In this document: positions 25,571-38,254 of the stretch, in pieces
Layout: each line of letters begins with the position of its first letter
Numbering within the stretch: the first letter of the stretch is position 1
Origin: Vicugna vicugna
Taxonomy: Eukaryota
Direction: 5' to 3'
Assembly: GCA_013265495.1 (NCBI GenBank)
Contig: MU058540.1
Coordinates: 2,877,696-2,941,695 of the forward strand
Length of the DNA: 64,000 nucleotides
Program-made: the position numbers and the translations under genes
Notes under the pieces: model-generated
Seen by the model: the letters and a program-made list of their open reading frames with translations, nothing else
Told to the model about the DNA's origin: nothing
Databases searched by the model: none

Positions 25571-28530
25571 ATTTTGCTTTCTTTTGTTCTGTTTTTTTTT
25601 TAAACCAGAATGATGATTTCTAAGTCCAAAACATTACAAACTAACTTTTTAAAAGAGTGATGTCTAAATGCTGGTTATTCATCGTGCAGGACACTTATAC
25701 CCATGCTAGATGCACACAACTTCCCCCAACATCAACCTGCATATTTTGAGTCTCAGGAAACCTTCACCACTTCCTCCCACTTCACCTTAGCTCTTTCTTC
25801 TTATCTTTCTCCCTCCCCCCCAGGACCCTTCCTGAGTCTCCCATATGGAGACACTGGGCTCTCTCTGAAGTATTTCTTTAGAACAACAAGAGTTCTGACT
25901 TTATCAGGATTCCAGGCTGCTAAGCTCCCCACCCACAAGGTCCCACACAATCTGGCCTCCACACTCACCTACACCCTTGCCTCTCTGATTTCACTCATCA
26001 CTCTTCCCCTGACTTTTGAAGCAATCCAATCAGTTGCGTATTGTTTTGGGCCTTTGCAAGAGCTATTCTCTTTGCCTGGACCCATCTTCTTCCAGGTAGC
26101 CACAAAGGCTCATTGCTTCACCTGTGTGTATTTTGGCATACTACATAGTATTATCCATGAATTTTCCTTCAGGATAGTAAAGAGTGCTATAAAATATTTG
26201 TTATAAAAAAGAGGCAGTGGGTCTGACAGGGTTGAGGCCCACTGCTGCACTGTGATCACTGTTGGCAATTTCTGTCTCTCATACTAAATTGGAAACCTTG
26301 GGAGGGCATGGACTGAGCCAAAGCATATTTGATGAAATGAAATGAATGAATACATGAGCAGGCTGGTGATACCTAAAAGGGTGGGAGGAGGGGCAGCTGC
26401 AGCATGAAGCTTTGACTCCTTTGGCTGGTGAGAGGTGAGCCACACTCTCATCAGTGTGTGCAGGGACCTGACTGGGAGGCACTGAAACTGTGCATCCAGC
26501 CAGGAACTCCTGGCTCCAGAGCAAGGCAGGTCTGGGTGCCTGGCAAGCCTAGGGATAGCTAAAGGTCTGGGGAGGGAAAGGCAAGGAGCTACCTGCTCCC
26601 TGCATCCACAGCACCCCACTGCCTCTCTCCAGAAGCCCTGCCACTCACCATGCCTGCTAAAGGCTATTAGCCAGACATGTACCATGAAGGCTCATGACTC
26701 CACTGGGTGAGGGAAAGACTCCCTGAACCAAGGCCTGGGCTAGAATCCTGCAATCTTAGGCAGGCACTTCAGCCCCTCTGCATCTGTACACTGGGTCACT
26801 CACACCCACCCAGTCCCGAAACAAGTGGTGACAATCAAATAAACATGAGAGTCTTGGTCAACTCTGAGGACAATGTAAATTAAATACTGGTCAGTATTAT
26901 ATGGAATAATAATTGTTTTACTGCTGAACATAACGAATTCTTTAGTGATTCAGAGGCCCTTCAGGAGATTAAAGTCATCACTGTCAACATGAAGTATCAC
27001 TGAAAAATATTTTGGATCAAATTCTGATTGTTGAAACTTTCTTGGTATTTAAATTCTAGATGAGCAGGGCTTTTCTATAACCCATCAAAGTATGCTAGTG
27101 ACCCGGTGGAGTCCACTCTAATCCTTTGCTGGTCCCTGCCCGTCCACACCATCCCCATGGATGAAGGGAGGGTTTGTCTACTTCGGCAGAATGTATTCAT
27201 TTGAGCAGGAAGCCCTGCTCTGGTGAAAAACCATCTCTCAGACTCCACCCTCTTCCTTTGATCCTCCCACTGAATGCTAGAACGACAGAAGCAAAGCCGT
27301 TCAGATGTAATTATTTTAATTCAGCCAGATGCTGGGAATTAGTCTCTTTTCCTTGCAAATATTCTAGGGAAAGACAGAACTCAGCCAAAGATGCCCCAAA
27401 AGAAAAGAAGCTGACAATCTCAAGAGGAAGGGAGGGAGCCCCCACCTCCACAAGCTGTGAAACAGCTTAAATCAAAGAAACTGCTGCCATCCCTGGATGA
27501 AGGAGAAGAAGGGAGGAGTGGGGAAGCAGGAGGAGGAGGGAGAGCCTAAAGGGTATTAAACACAGACTGTTTACCAATACCAGAAAACTAGACCCAAAAC
27601 AGCACCTAGCATCGTCTAGAGCTTTAGAGATTCCAAAGCACTTTCACTTACATTGCTTCATTTAATTATAAGCTAGGAAGGAAGTCACCAGCTGAGCTAG
27701 AAGTGTGGGGGCAAACTGAATTTAGGCTTTAGGGAATTCAGATTCAGTCCTTCCCAGACATCCAATAGAAGCTGAGCCCCTGTTAGGCACAGTTGCCTTC
27801 ATGATCTCCTTTAATCCTCAGCAACCCTATCAGCCCCAGCAAAGAGGTGGAGAAACTGAGGCTCAGGAAGCTTGAAAAGAAGCTCTAGTCAACATGTCAG
27901 CTGGGTTCTCCCCCTTGTCTGAACTCCAGTAGCGTCCAGATCGCCAGCACTAATAGGTGTAGGAGTTTTCATCATCACCTGCTGTTACACATTTGGTCTG
28001 TGCTTCCTACTCATTTAAGCACAGATTTATGAAAGATCCTCTGTGATCACCTACTGCACACCACACCCTCTGCTGGGAGAACATGTGGGGAAGGTTTAGT
28101 CCTGCTGTTAAGTTCCTCCAGACCCACCAAGGTAAACAGACAAGTAGAGAAATCAGACTGAGCAGTTGTGTTTGAGTTGATTTGGTCATTGCTATGTGGC
28201 CCTGGCCTATCAATTCTGTGTCTTATTCCCCAACTAGAAGCCCCTGAAAGCAGAGTTTGGGACACTATAACCTAGTAGTTAAGGACCCCGGCTCTAGAAC
28301 CAGACTACTTGGGTTCAAATCTCTTCTACCCAGTGGCTGTGTGACCTTGGGCAGGTCCCTTAACCTCTTTGTGAAATGAGGATCATAATACATCAGACAT
28401 GATATCATACTATGTAGTACATTACATATTATAATACATCAAATAAGCCGACACTAACTTAGCACATTGTGTGTCTCAGAAAAAATTGCTCAATTCATGT
28501 TGGCTAACAATTTATACCTCCATACATAAT

Positions 28531-28915
28531 AGCAGTTCTCAAAGTACGGACCAAGAACCCACATGGGAGTCCATGAGGCCAAAGCTATTTTCATAATAAT
28601 GCTGATAAGACATGGAATTTTCTAGAAGTTATCCAACAGTGATATCATAACAGATTGACTGCAGAAGCAGATATGAAAATCTAACTCTTCTGTTAAGTCA
28701 GACATTAAAGAGATTTTTTAAAATATAAAACAAAGCACTCTTCTCACTAAATGACTTGTTTTGGAAAATACAGTTATTTTTCAAAAAAGATGTTACTTCT
28801 GCTAACCTGTAATGGGTTAAACTATTGTTATTTTTAAATGAATTAATACATAATTTAAAATGTTTCTCAATTTTAATTTCTCATATGGTAAATATTGATA
28901 GCTAATGGATACAAA
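28531..28915. mobile_element. Charlie1-like hAT transposon relic
   Basis: cagttctcaaagt end; tattttcataataat...acagattgactgcagaagcagatatgaaaatc...gacattaaagagattt. Confidence 0.7.
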
Positions 28916-30017
28916 AGCAACACTGAAACTTCCCAGGAAGGTCAGAAAATGCTATTTCTCCTCATCCCTCCCAGTCCCGCTAACCTGAGCTGGACCAGCC
29001 CCACGGGAAGCTGGATTCCCAGGTTACCCCAGAATTGGCCTTGTGCTCACACTTTGCTGCCCCCTCCTTTTCTCCTTATGATTCACTATGTTCCCACCTG
29101 CGGCTCCTAATTAACCTAAGGGGCATGCAAGCCTGGGTGGTTTAGGGAAATGAGTCTGGGTTTTAGAATCAGAGTGACATGGATTAGAACCCTAGCTCTA
29201 CCACTTACTGTCCTTGAATAGGTGACTTTGCCTCTCTGAGCCTCACTGTCCTCATCCATAAAATGGGAATGACAACGGTTATCCTACCTCTTAGGATTGT
29301 TGTCAGAAGTAGTGATAACATAAAATGCCCACCACTTGACAGACAATAACTGTCATCACTACTATATTTTATCATCATTATCAGCCATTGGGTCCCCTGA
29401 GCCCCTTCTTGGGTGCTCAGCTACCCCTCAGCTGTCCCCATCTCCTGCTTCTCCATGGTCCCACAGAAAAGCAAAATCAAGGGCTGCTGGATGTTGCAGA
29501 CTCAGGCTTCCCAACACACACACACTCCAACCACACACTCTTACTCCCTCAGCCCCATCCAGCCTCAACCCTACTCCAGAGCTAAAGTGAAAAATGAGAA
29601 CTAAATGCCAAGCACCCAGGCTCTAAGACTGAAGAGGCCTCTCTGCTTCCAGTGTTAGTGCCAAGGCATTCTTGGCTCAAGGAAGAGTGAGTGGTGGCCA
29701 TGATGGGGAGTGGAAGGAACCCTGACATGGCAGTCAAGGGACTAGGGCTCCCAGCCCAGCTCTGCTGCTGACTGTGGGTGAGCCCCTTCCCCTTTCTAGG
29801 CCTCAGTCAGCTCAGCTGTAAAAAGAGAAGATACCTTGTGGACTTCTATGACAGTTGTGGATTTCTGTGAGTCAGGTCAGACTGAGGAACCCTATCTTGC
29901 CCTGATCCCTCCAAGGACACACGTGGTCCTGTAGTCACAGGGAAGTCATCCTGCCTTCTGTCACTGCCCCATACCCACCCCTACCAGGTCCCGTCTTGGA
30001 GTCCCTCTGCCACTCAC

Positions 30018-30081
30018 CCTGCAGTTGCTGAGCTCCTCAGCAGACAGGATGATGGTGCCACATTTCTTCCCTGGGACACCA
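30018..30081 (-). CDS. CPNE5: CPNE5 exon 8 (64 nt): [21 protein letters not shown]
   Basis: CAG acceptor 30082-30084 and GTGAGT donor 30012-30017. Confidence 0.96.
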
Positions 30082-31419
30082 CTGGGAGAGGAGAAGATGA
30101 AAGAATGGCGAGTCAAACAAAGACAGAGACACAAGCCTGAACTCTCCTTGAATCAGCCCTCCGCATTCTCCCCCCACCCCCCACCATCCAGCAGATCTGT
30201 CCCAAAGCCCCTGAGAAGACAGAGTCTCCTGTGGACTAGGGCACTGCTTCTTGGGCCAGGCCCCCAGGCCTGGAGCTGCCCCGCCCCCTGCTCCCCAAGA
30301 GCCCACCAGGAAGGGTACTGTCTGCAGTGAAAGTCCTAGAATTGGAAAAGCATCCAGACTCACCCGGAGGCTTCCAGACCAGTGGTTCTCAAACTTTCCA
30401 TCCAAAGACCACTTCTGTGGGCAAAAGACCTCGTGGGCTAGCCACCCCACCCTGCCCCCAGCTGACCCCCAGAGTCCCGGAACATTCCAGCTCTGAGCCA
30501 CTCTGATTCATCGTGGGAGGGAGAACAATAAGAGGGAGTAAAGCAGAGGGTATACTCTTGGTGGCAGCTTGCCAAGCCCTGTACCATGGCTACCTCCCCT
30601 TGAACTTCTTGGCTGGGATCTTTCTTAGGAAGAGAGAGCCTGGCCAACCATGTGGCTCCTCCATGATGTGGGCAGCCAGGACATGAAGTCAGCCCACCAA
30701 GAGAATCCCCTCTAGGAGGGCAAGTTCCCAGAGTGGAGCTCTACACTACCTCTTCCCTGGGGCAGGAGGAATTCCTCCCGCAGCACCAGCCCACCCTACT
30801 CCAGTGTTTGGGACTAACCTAGGGGTGTCCCAAGGTAGCCAGGGAGAGAGAAGAAAATGGCATGTTGTCCAGGAGCTGTGTGACTTTGGGCTCATTACTG
30901 TACCTCTCTGAGCCTAGTTTCCTCACCTGTAAATTAGGTGTGATTATAGCATCCATTTTACTAACTAAGATGCACACACACACAGTGCCTGGCACAGAGA
31001 AGGCCCTCAGGACCATCATTTCTCCCCCTACCCACTTTCCTTTACGACTGTGCAAAGCTGATAAAATCTAGCCCCACTCTTAGGCCAGCCTAGAGGAATA
31101 TACTTTGAGAACCACTGATGGAGCTCTCCCCAGCACCAGCTCTTGGAGGGAGAGACTCTCAAACAGAGGAGGCAAGGGAGGCATGGGAGCCAGCCCCAGG
31201 GGCTGATGAGACAACCCAGCTCTCTTCAAATCAGATGAGCAGAGCAGGGGCCACATCTGAAAGTTCCCCTGCCACAGGCAGGTGGCAGTGCCTGCCAGCT
31301 TGTCCCCCTAGACTTGGGCAGCTGAGCTGAGCACCCCAAAGCTCCTCCTCCCACCCCAATCTGGCCATTTCTTGTAGTAAAGATTGATTTGTTTGACCAG
31401 GGAGAATCCTCACACCAGC

Positions 31420-31635
31420 CTCCTCTGTCCAATGTTTTTCCATCTGTTCCTCTCTCTGCCTCCTAGCCTGTCTTCTATTTCTGATCTTTCCTTCCCTCCT
31501 CTCCAGCCACAATCTGCTCCCACCTGCTCGACCTTTCTCTCTCTTCCTCCCTCCCTCTGGTCTTTCTCGCCCTCCCTCTCTGTTTCTCTCTCTGATTCCT
31601 GCTCCCTCTCCAATTGCTGTTTCTTCACTCTCCTT
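31420..31635. repeat. CT-rich low-complexity tract in intron 7
   Basis: About 200 bp dominated by C/T on the plus strand (ctctctctgcctcc...ctccctctctgtttctctctctg). Confidence 0.75.
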
Positions 31636-32460
31636 GTAAATTATCATCTACACCCTTCCTGGACTGTGAGCATCCCTGAGTCCCACATCCAGCTGGTCTG
31701 GTGGTCAATCCAGCTGCTAGGACCCCAACTTCTGGGAGTCCTTAGCAAAGGCCAGTGGAGCCTTGCTTACTCATCCAAAATGCTCATCTCTAGAGGCACC
31801 TCCAGGCTGGTTCCTCCAAGCAGATGCTCCCTACCCTGCCCCCCAACCAGGTGAGGACACTCCCTCCAACCAGGAGAGAGGAGAGGGAAGGAGTGGGGAA
31901 GGTCTTCACTGCCATACTTGCATGAGGCCAGCCAAAAGCAGATGGTCAGGGTGGGGGCTGGGGGAGCAAGGCTAGCTCATCACAGCTGGTAAGCAAATGC
32001 AGAAAGTAAAGATTTAGCTGAATTTACTCTGTGAGGAGGTTGACATCCAGCAGTGGAAGCAATGGAGGGGAAGAGGGGTGAGGTGGGAGAAGGGAGGGGA
32101 AGAGTGAAAGGTGGGAGGCGGGACAAACCAGGCCAAGGAGAGAGGAAGGGAAGGGAGAGTGCCCAGCCTCTGCTGCTTCTCAGAAATAGCCCCTACCTCT
32201 AAGCCCCACCCTGCTCCCCAAAGTCCCATGAGCCATTGGGGCTGGGGATGCTGGAGCTCTGCCCTGGATAGGGGGACAGCCAGCTGCAGAGTGGCCAAAG
32301 TGCCTGGGTCCTTAAGGAGAGACCTAGGGCCCTCACTGTGCCCCTGGCCAGGGCTGAATGCACAGTGGTAGGAGCAGGGACTGAGCTAGGAGTCTCAAGC
32401 CCCCTCTGCAGAACTGGCTGGATGTCTGAGGACCAAGGGCAGAGATGTCTGGTGACCTAC

Positions 32461-32520
32461 CCATTGGACACAGCTGGCATAGGTTTGCCCGTCCTGGAAT
32501 TCAGGCTGAATGCTCCTATC
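32461..32520 (-). CDS. CPNE5: CPNE5 exon 7 (60 nt, phase 2-2): IGAFSLNSRTGKPMPAVSN(G)
   Basis: CAG acceptor 32521-32523 with a long CT tract and GTAGGT donor 32455-32460; matches the CPNE5-specific insert as recalled. Confidence 0.92.
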
Positions 32521-34187
32521 CTGTGAAGAGTGAGAGAGGAAGAGAGGGATCATGCCATGAGCTGAGCACCCCCATCCTAAGAGGCCAGCAAGCTTGGCAT
32601 CTGGATTCTTGGAGACAGGTTTCTGTTTTGCATCAAACATCAAAACAGGATCAAGAGCCACAAGCCAGGAGAAAGAGAGGTCTTCTTCCTAACCTACCTC
32701 AGGAGTCCTCAAAGTGTGGTCCCTGGACCAGCAGCATCACAACCCCTGGGAACGTGTTACAGTGTGTGATGCCTGCTACACTGAACCACTGTTCTACCTC
32801 TTTGAGCCTCAGTTTGTGGGCTGTGAAATGGGGATATTGCTGAGAGAACCACATGAGATCACAGAGGTAAAATACTGTCTGGGCCAGAAGAGATGCCCAG
32901 TGAAAGGAAGCCACTCACAGGCCTAGCCAGGGAGACAACTAGACTTAGACACATGAAAACTTCAGTGGGGCGAATAGGTCCCCCTCCTTCACCAACACCC
33001 AGCATCTCAACATTTTAGATCCTGCTTGCCCTTTAAGGGCTCCATCCCCTATCCAAGTCTTCCTTTATCCCTAGAAACTGTCCTTCCACTGAAGATGGGC
33101 CAGAGGACAGCACAGGAAACAGACACAAAGACTCATGGGCTTTTTACGCAGGTATTTAGAAGCTGAGAGAGGTAGAAATATACTCACTTCTGGGATCTCA
33201 AATTCTATAAGCTTCAGAGCCCCCTAGACCTGGGTTTGTTCCCTGTTCTCAATAAATGATAGGTGTTTATCACAATTTTCTGTGAACCCAGAGGAGGAGA
33301 CTTTTGGAGGGCAAGGAGGCCTTTCTGGGGGCTCTGAAGTTATCACACAGTTACTAGGGATCAGAAACAAGGACCTGGGAGAGAGACCACTGCCACCCAC
33401 ACACACAATACATTTTACAGTTATTGATCATGGTAAAGGGACAGCATCTAGTGTGAACTTGGCAGAAGCAAGTGGAGGGATTTTCTGCCCACCTTGCCCT
33501 ATGACCTGGACCCTTGTCCCAGTCTGCCAGCCTCTCTTGCCTGGGCCCTGCTTCTGGGGCTTCCTGAGAAACAAGGACAAAAGAAGTCACCTCCACCACT
33601 TGGCCAGATCTGGCTGGTCCCTGAAGCCACCCTCACGCACCACTGTGGGAAATAGCTCATCCCAGAGCCTGCTCAGTGTAATAGCTTTCCTCTAAAAGCA
33701 CTTAAAACTCTATAATGCAGAATGTCAGGGTCAGGGTGGGAGGGGGAGGATCTCACTACGCCCAGCTTTGGCCTACAACAAGGTATGAACAATCTGAGGA
33801 ATACTCTATGTGAGAAGACCCCTGAGTTTAAATCCCAGCTCTTCTACTTCCTAGCTGTGTGGCCTTGGGCATGTCACTTCCACTCTCTGGGCTTCAGTTT
33901 TTTCCCTTATACAATGATGGGGTAAGGGGCGAGTGTGGACTACACAGTATCTCGGGCCATTCTAAGGAATGTGGGACTCTAGTTACTGAGCTGGAGTTCC
34001 TCCAAGATAACTCGGCTAAAAGCCCTGCAAGGGCAAGGCCCATGGGGGTCTCCTTATTTCTAATCGTCCATTATGACTGGCTGACGGCTTTGCCCCTACT
34101 CTGAGCCAGCCCTCAGCAAGGGTGGGCAGGAAGTTGGCCCATCACTGAGGAAGCAACCCAGACAGGCCCCACTCCCTGTATACTTAC

Positions 34188-34264
34188 GTGAGGGACTTCT
34201 CCAGGCGGCTCCCAGGGGACCCCACGATCTCTCCAAGTGTACAGAAGGCCTGGCCCAGAAAATC
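34188..34264 (-). CDS. CPNE5: CPNE5 exon 6 (77 nt): DFLGQAFCTLGEIVGSPGSRLEKSL(T)
   Basis: CAG acceptor 34265-34267 and GTAAGT donor 34182-34187; in frame. Confidence 0.96.
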
Positions 34265-34471
34265 CTGTACATTCAGGGTACAAAAAAAGACCACTGTCAC
34301 CTACTCTGCTCACAGCCATCCCACCTCTCCCATCACCCCACCCCTGAAGAATGAGGGCTCTGAAATGACAGGATGCAGCATCAGACACACAGTTTGTGTA
34401 ACAGCGAAGCCCAGGGCCAACTCAGAGTTTGGCACTTTCAGAAGTGCTGTGCAGTCACTGGCAGAACTCAC

Positions 34472-34511
34472 GTGTTTGGATAAATCAGGGCTCTTGGAGT
34501 CAACGTCATAT
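34472..34511 (-). CDS. CPNE5: CPNE5 exon 5 (40 nt): YDVDSKSPDLSKH
   Basis: CAG acceptor 34512-34514 and GTGAGT donor 34466-34471; YDxD Ca2+-ligand motif. Confidence 0.96.
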
Positions 34512-35296
34512 CTGCATGGAACACAGAGAGATGGTGAAGGCAGCTGGGGCATCCTGCCCAAAACTGCCTGGCTTTTTGAGCTGATCCAGGACCCCTGTTC
34601 TCCCCAAAACGGGCACTAACAGAGTGGGTGTTTCTGGGAGTAATAGCATGGAACTGCAAGTGAGAGCTTTCTAGGGTGTTCGACCTGTTTCGTCTCTTGA
34701 TCTGGGTGGTAAATGGATGGCAAAATGCACTACGAGGGAGGGCTCTTAAGATTTGGGCACTTCACTCTATATATGTTATACCTCATTAAAAACTGAAAAA
34801 ATGAAATAACCCTGCTCTGCCACCCTGGCTGGTTCACAGGTGCCTGAGCCACCTTGCTCTTCACTGCCTGTTCTCCCACCTTCCCAGCTAAGGCTCGGCA
34901 GCACTTTGAGCTCAGTACCTTGCCTTTGACCTTCCCTGATTGTTTCCCTTTGCCCAAGCCTGCCCAGCCTGCCCTCAGGCCTGGTCACTCAAGATGGAGA
35001 TGTACCTCTGCCAGCCACAGGCAGGCTGACCCTGTGCTGGGCACCTTCCTTCACCTGGGGCTGGCTCACCTGCTGTCTCCCCTGCAGCCCTTCCTCCATC
35101 ATCCCCCTCCCTCCCCTCCTGGACTTCTGCTAATTGTTACTTTTATCCCAGGCCAATCCTGGGCTTCCTCTAAGATCACAGTTCCCCTTCCCTTCCCCAG
35201 AAAGGAAACTCCAGCCCCAACCACAGGTCTTTGTAGCCCCACCTCCCAGCAGTGTTTCCTCCTCCAGCTCCATCTTCAGCACCATCTTCCACTTAC

Positions 35297-35400
35297 AAGT
35301 CAAAACGGAGGTTCTGCTTCTCCTCAAAGAAGTAATCCACAATGAATTTGCGCACAAAGTCAGGATTGAGTGTGTTGTCGATGACTTCGGTGCGTCCGAA
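35297..35400 (-). CDS. CPNE5: CPNE5 exon 4 (104 nt): [34 protein letters not shown](L)
   Basis: TAG acceptor 35401-35403 after a pyrimidine tract and GTAAGT donor 35291-35296; C2 signature [12 protein letters not shown]. Confidence 0.97.
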
Positions 35401-35852
35401 CTACAAGAGGAGATGGGATGTAGACCTTGTGGCGAGGCTGGTGAGGCAGGGAAGCAGTGGGCTCGGAGCCCCTCAGTCCTGACCCCAGTAGTGATGGACC
35501 CATGCCTCTCCCTCCTCCTGACCCCCACCTCCCACCCACAGTCAAGGGGAGAGCTCCCTCATCTAACAGTGGAAGCCTTGCTCTTATGGCTCCAATCTGC
35601 ATCGTCACTTTATTTTCCCTTTCTCTATCTAGTCTCCACCCAAGTGAGATGATTTTGATACCTGGGTACCTGAGCAAGCCCTTCACTTTCCCACTTCACT
35701 GCCTTTGCCTATGCTGTGTCCTCCACCCTTCTCAGCCAATGGCATGCCCTCCATTTCTTCAAGGTCCATTGTTAATGTTGTCTCCTTCAGGAAACCTTCC
35801 TGATTCCTCCAACCGGAGAATTACTTCTCTCTGAACCACCACTGAACTTGTG

Positions 35853-36062
35853 CCACCAAAAACCACTGAGTGATCTTAGAAGTGGATCCTGCCCCAGTCA
35901 AACCTTGAGATGACCAAAGCCCTGGCCCACACCTTGACCACAGCCTTGTGAGAGACCCTGAAGGCAGAGGATCCCACAAAGCTGCACCCAGATTCATGAT
36001 TCCGTTATTTAAATGGCTAAACTCTGGGCTAATCTGTTACTCAGCAATAGATAACTAATAAA
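35853..36062 (+). mobile_element. MLT1 (ERVL-MaLR) LTR fragment
   Basis: ccagtcaaaccttgagatgac...cagccttgtgagagaccctga...taatctgttactcagcaatagataactaata, a typical MLT1 3' end. Confidence 0.8.
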
Positions 36063-36184
36063 GAGACTTAACTTTCTTGGTATCCTCTGCAACATATACT
36101 CTAGAATTTTGCACATATTTGACACTGAATAATTAAATCCCATTAAACTCCCCAAATGACTTAAGGCAAGTCACTCCCTATTTT

Positions 36185-36330
36185 GGGTCATCAGAATCAC
36201 TTGTGTTTGTTAAAACACAGATCAGATTGTATGCTCTGATTCAGTGGGTTTAAGATGAGGTCCGAGAATCTGCACTTCTAAAAACATAGGTGATACTCAT
36301 GCTGGGACCTCCCTTGGAGAACCACTGGGC
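36185..36330. mobile_element. MER5A-like MITE
   Basis: catcagaatcacttg...ttgttaaaacacagat...tctgattcagtggg...gagaatctgcacttctaa...ggagaaccactgggctag. Confidence 0.75.
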
Positions 36331-37449
36331 TAGACTGTGAGAATCCAAGGCCGTGTGGGGTTATCTGGGAAGCCCTAGATTTGGCACCTTCTTGCCCTCA
36401 CCCCCCCCCTCATTCCAACCAACCCCTTGTTCCTGTCAATTCCATCAGCTTTAGCTTTAGATTTATCTCTCCTCTCCTGCCTCCTCCACAGTGGCCTTGG
36501 TGAGGTTTCTTCACTTTCTCACCTCAATCCCTGCAGCAGCCTCCTCCTCCTAGCAGGTCCTGCATGGGGTCCAATTGCTAATGTTTAAAGACTCAACTCC
36601 CCAGAAGCCCTGCTCTCCAACTCCCACCCCCAACCCTGTGCTCCCATAATCCTCTTCACATCCCCACAGCTGCACTCATCGCATCCCCTAGTCATGGTCT
36701 AATGAGGCTCTTTCCACCCCACTCAACTGAGCTTCTCAAGCAATGGGAGGATCCAAGTTTTCCTCATGTTTGCAGCCCAGGACCTGATACAGTGTTTAAC
36801 AGAGTCACAGCCTCACTCACAGATGATTATAGCACCAGCAACTGCGGTAAACACTTTGCACCATATTTACCTTATTTAATCTTTTTATGGTAGGCTTCCC
36901 CATATTATGGATAAGACAATGAAAGCACAGAGTAGCCAGGTAATTTGTCCAGGGTCACATGTCTAATAATTGCTGACTTCAAGGTATAATCCAAGCATTC
37001 TGGCTTATGCTCTCTAAGCCATGTTGCCCTACATGTAAGGTCCCCAGGGCAAGGACGGCAGAAGCCCATTGCTCCGTGACTGCTACATAGTAGGTACTTA
37101 GGAATTGTTGAATGAAGTAAGGTGGAATGAAGAAATGGATGAGTGGACTTGAGTCCCAACTTCATCACAAGCTAATTATATGACATGATCAGAGCCTTTC
37201 AAAGCCTCCGTTTCCTCATCAGAAGATGGAGAATAATACTACTTGTCCTGCTTGCTTAAGCACTTTTTGTAGGTGGGTGCTGGGCTACAAAAGTAAAGAG
37301 AACATGAATTCTGTACTTAAGGACTTCTCCATCCCAGGTGGGACAGTTCATACACAAATAATTACAATACAGTATGGTAACAGTGCTAAAAGAAATATAT
37401 CAAAGGTCTAAGACAGGGTGTCCCCTTGGCTGGGGAAGTGTAAAAGCTA

Positions 37450-37805
37450 TTAAAATGTACAAAAAAGCAGATCACTGGGTGTCCTGTTTCACATATTAGT
37501 CTAAGTATCTGACTTCATGAAGGTCTGCATCTTTCATTATCTCTGAGCTACTTTAAAACTCTGTCAATTATAGAAAGCATAGAGTAATTCAAGTGATTCT
37601 TATCAACAGAAGTGCAAATAAATTTTGCTCAGTGGAATGCAATTGCTTATTTGATTACTACCCTGTGGATACTGACCAATTTTGCATCTATTTTAAAATT
37701 CATTTCAGCATTCCTGATTGCCGATATGTGTGTGGTGTTGGAATTATTTAAACCAGTTGTAACATCTTATGGGTTCCCTCATTAATTAATAAGTTGAATA
37801 AATCT
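37450..37805 (+). mobile_element. Ancient LINE 3' end, tentatively L4 (RTE-X)
   Basis: AT-rich block ending ccagttgtaacatcttatgggttccctcattaattaataagttgaataaatc; resembles the L4 tail as recalled. Confidence 0.45.
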
Positions 37806-38051
37806 TGGCCATGTGCTCATTTTGTATTTCTATGAGAATCAACATTCTATCTTTTAAGAAAGGTATCCTTTAACAGAAGATTTTCAAAAATACCCATGCT
37901 CAAGCCCTACCACAGGCCAATTAAATCTGAATCTCAGTGGGTGGGGCCTGAACAACTGTATTTTTTTTTTAAGTTCCTTAGGAGATTCTAAGATGCAGAT
38001 GGAGTTGAGAACCTCTGATATACGAGAATATAGCACGAGGAAGGAAAAAAA

Positions 38052-38254
38052 GTAATATTTACTGAGTCCCTATTGAATGCTCAGTAGATCAAGCAGATGA
38101 TTAAGTTATCTCATTTGATTCTCACAAAAACCTTGAGTTATTACCCATTTTACAAGTGAGAAAACTGAAAATCAGAGAGGTTAAGTAACTTGCCCAAGGT
38201 CACACAACTAGGCAGAGCCGGGATCTAGACCCAGATACGTCTAACTCCAAAGCC
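38052..38254 (-). mobile_element. MIR
   Basis: cccattttacaagtgagaaaactgaaaatcagagaggttaagtaacttgcccaaggtcacaca core. Confidence 0.88.

Noticed and set aside
35134..35652. 172-aa plus-strand ORF over exon 4
   Set aside because: Antisense overlap of the real exon plus intron; no homology recognised.
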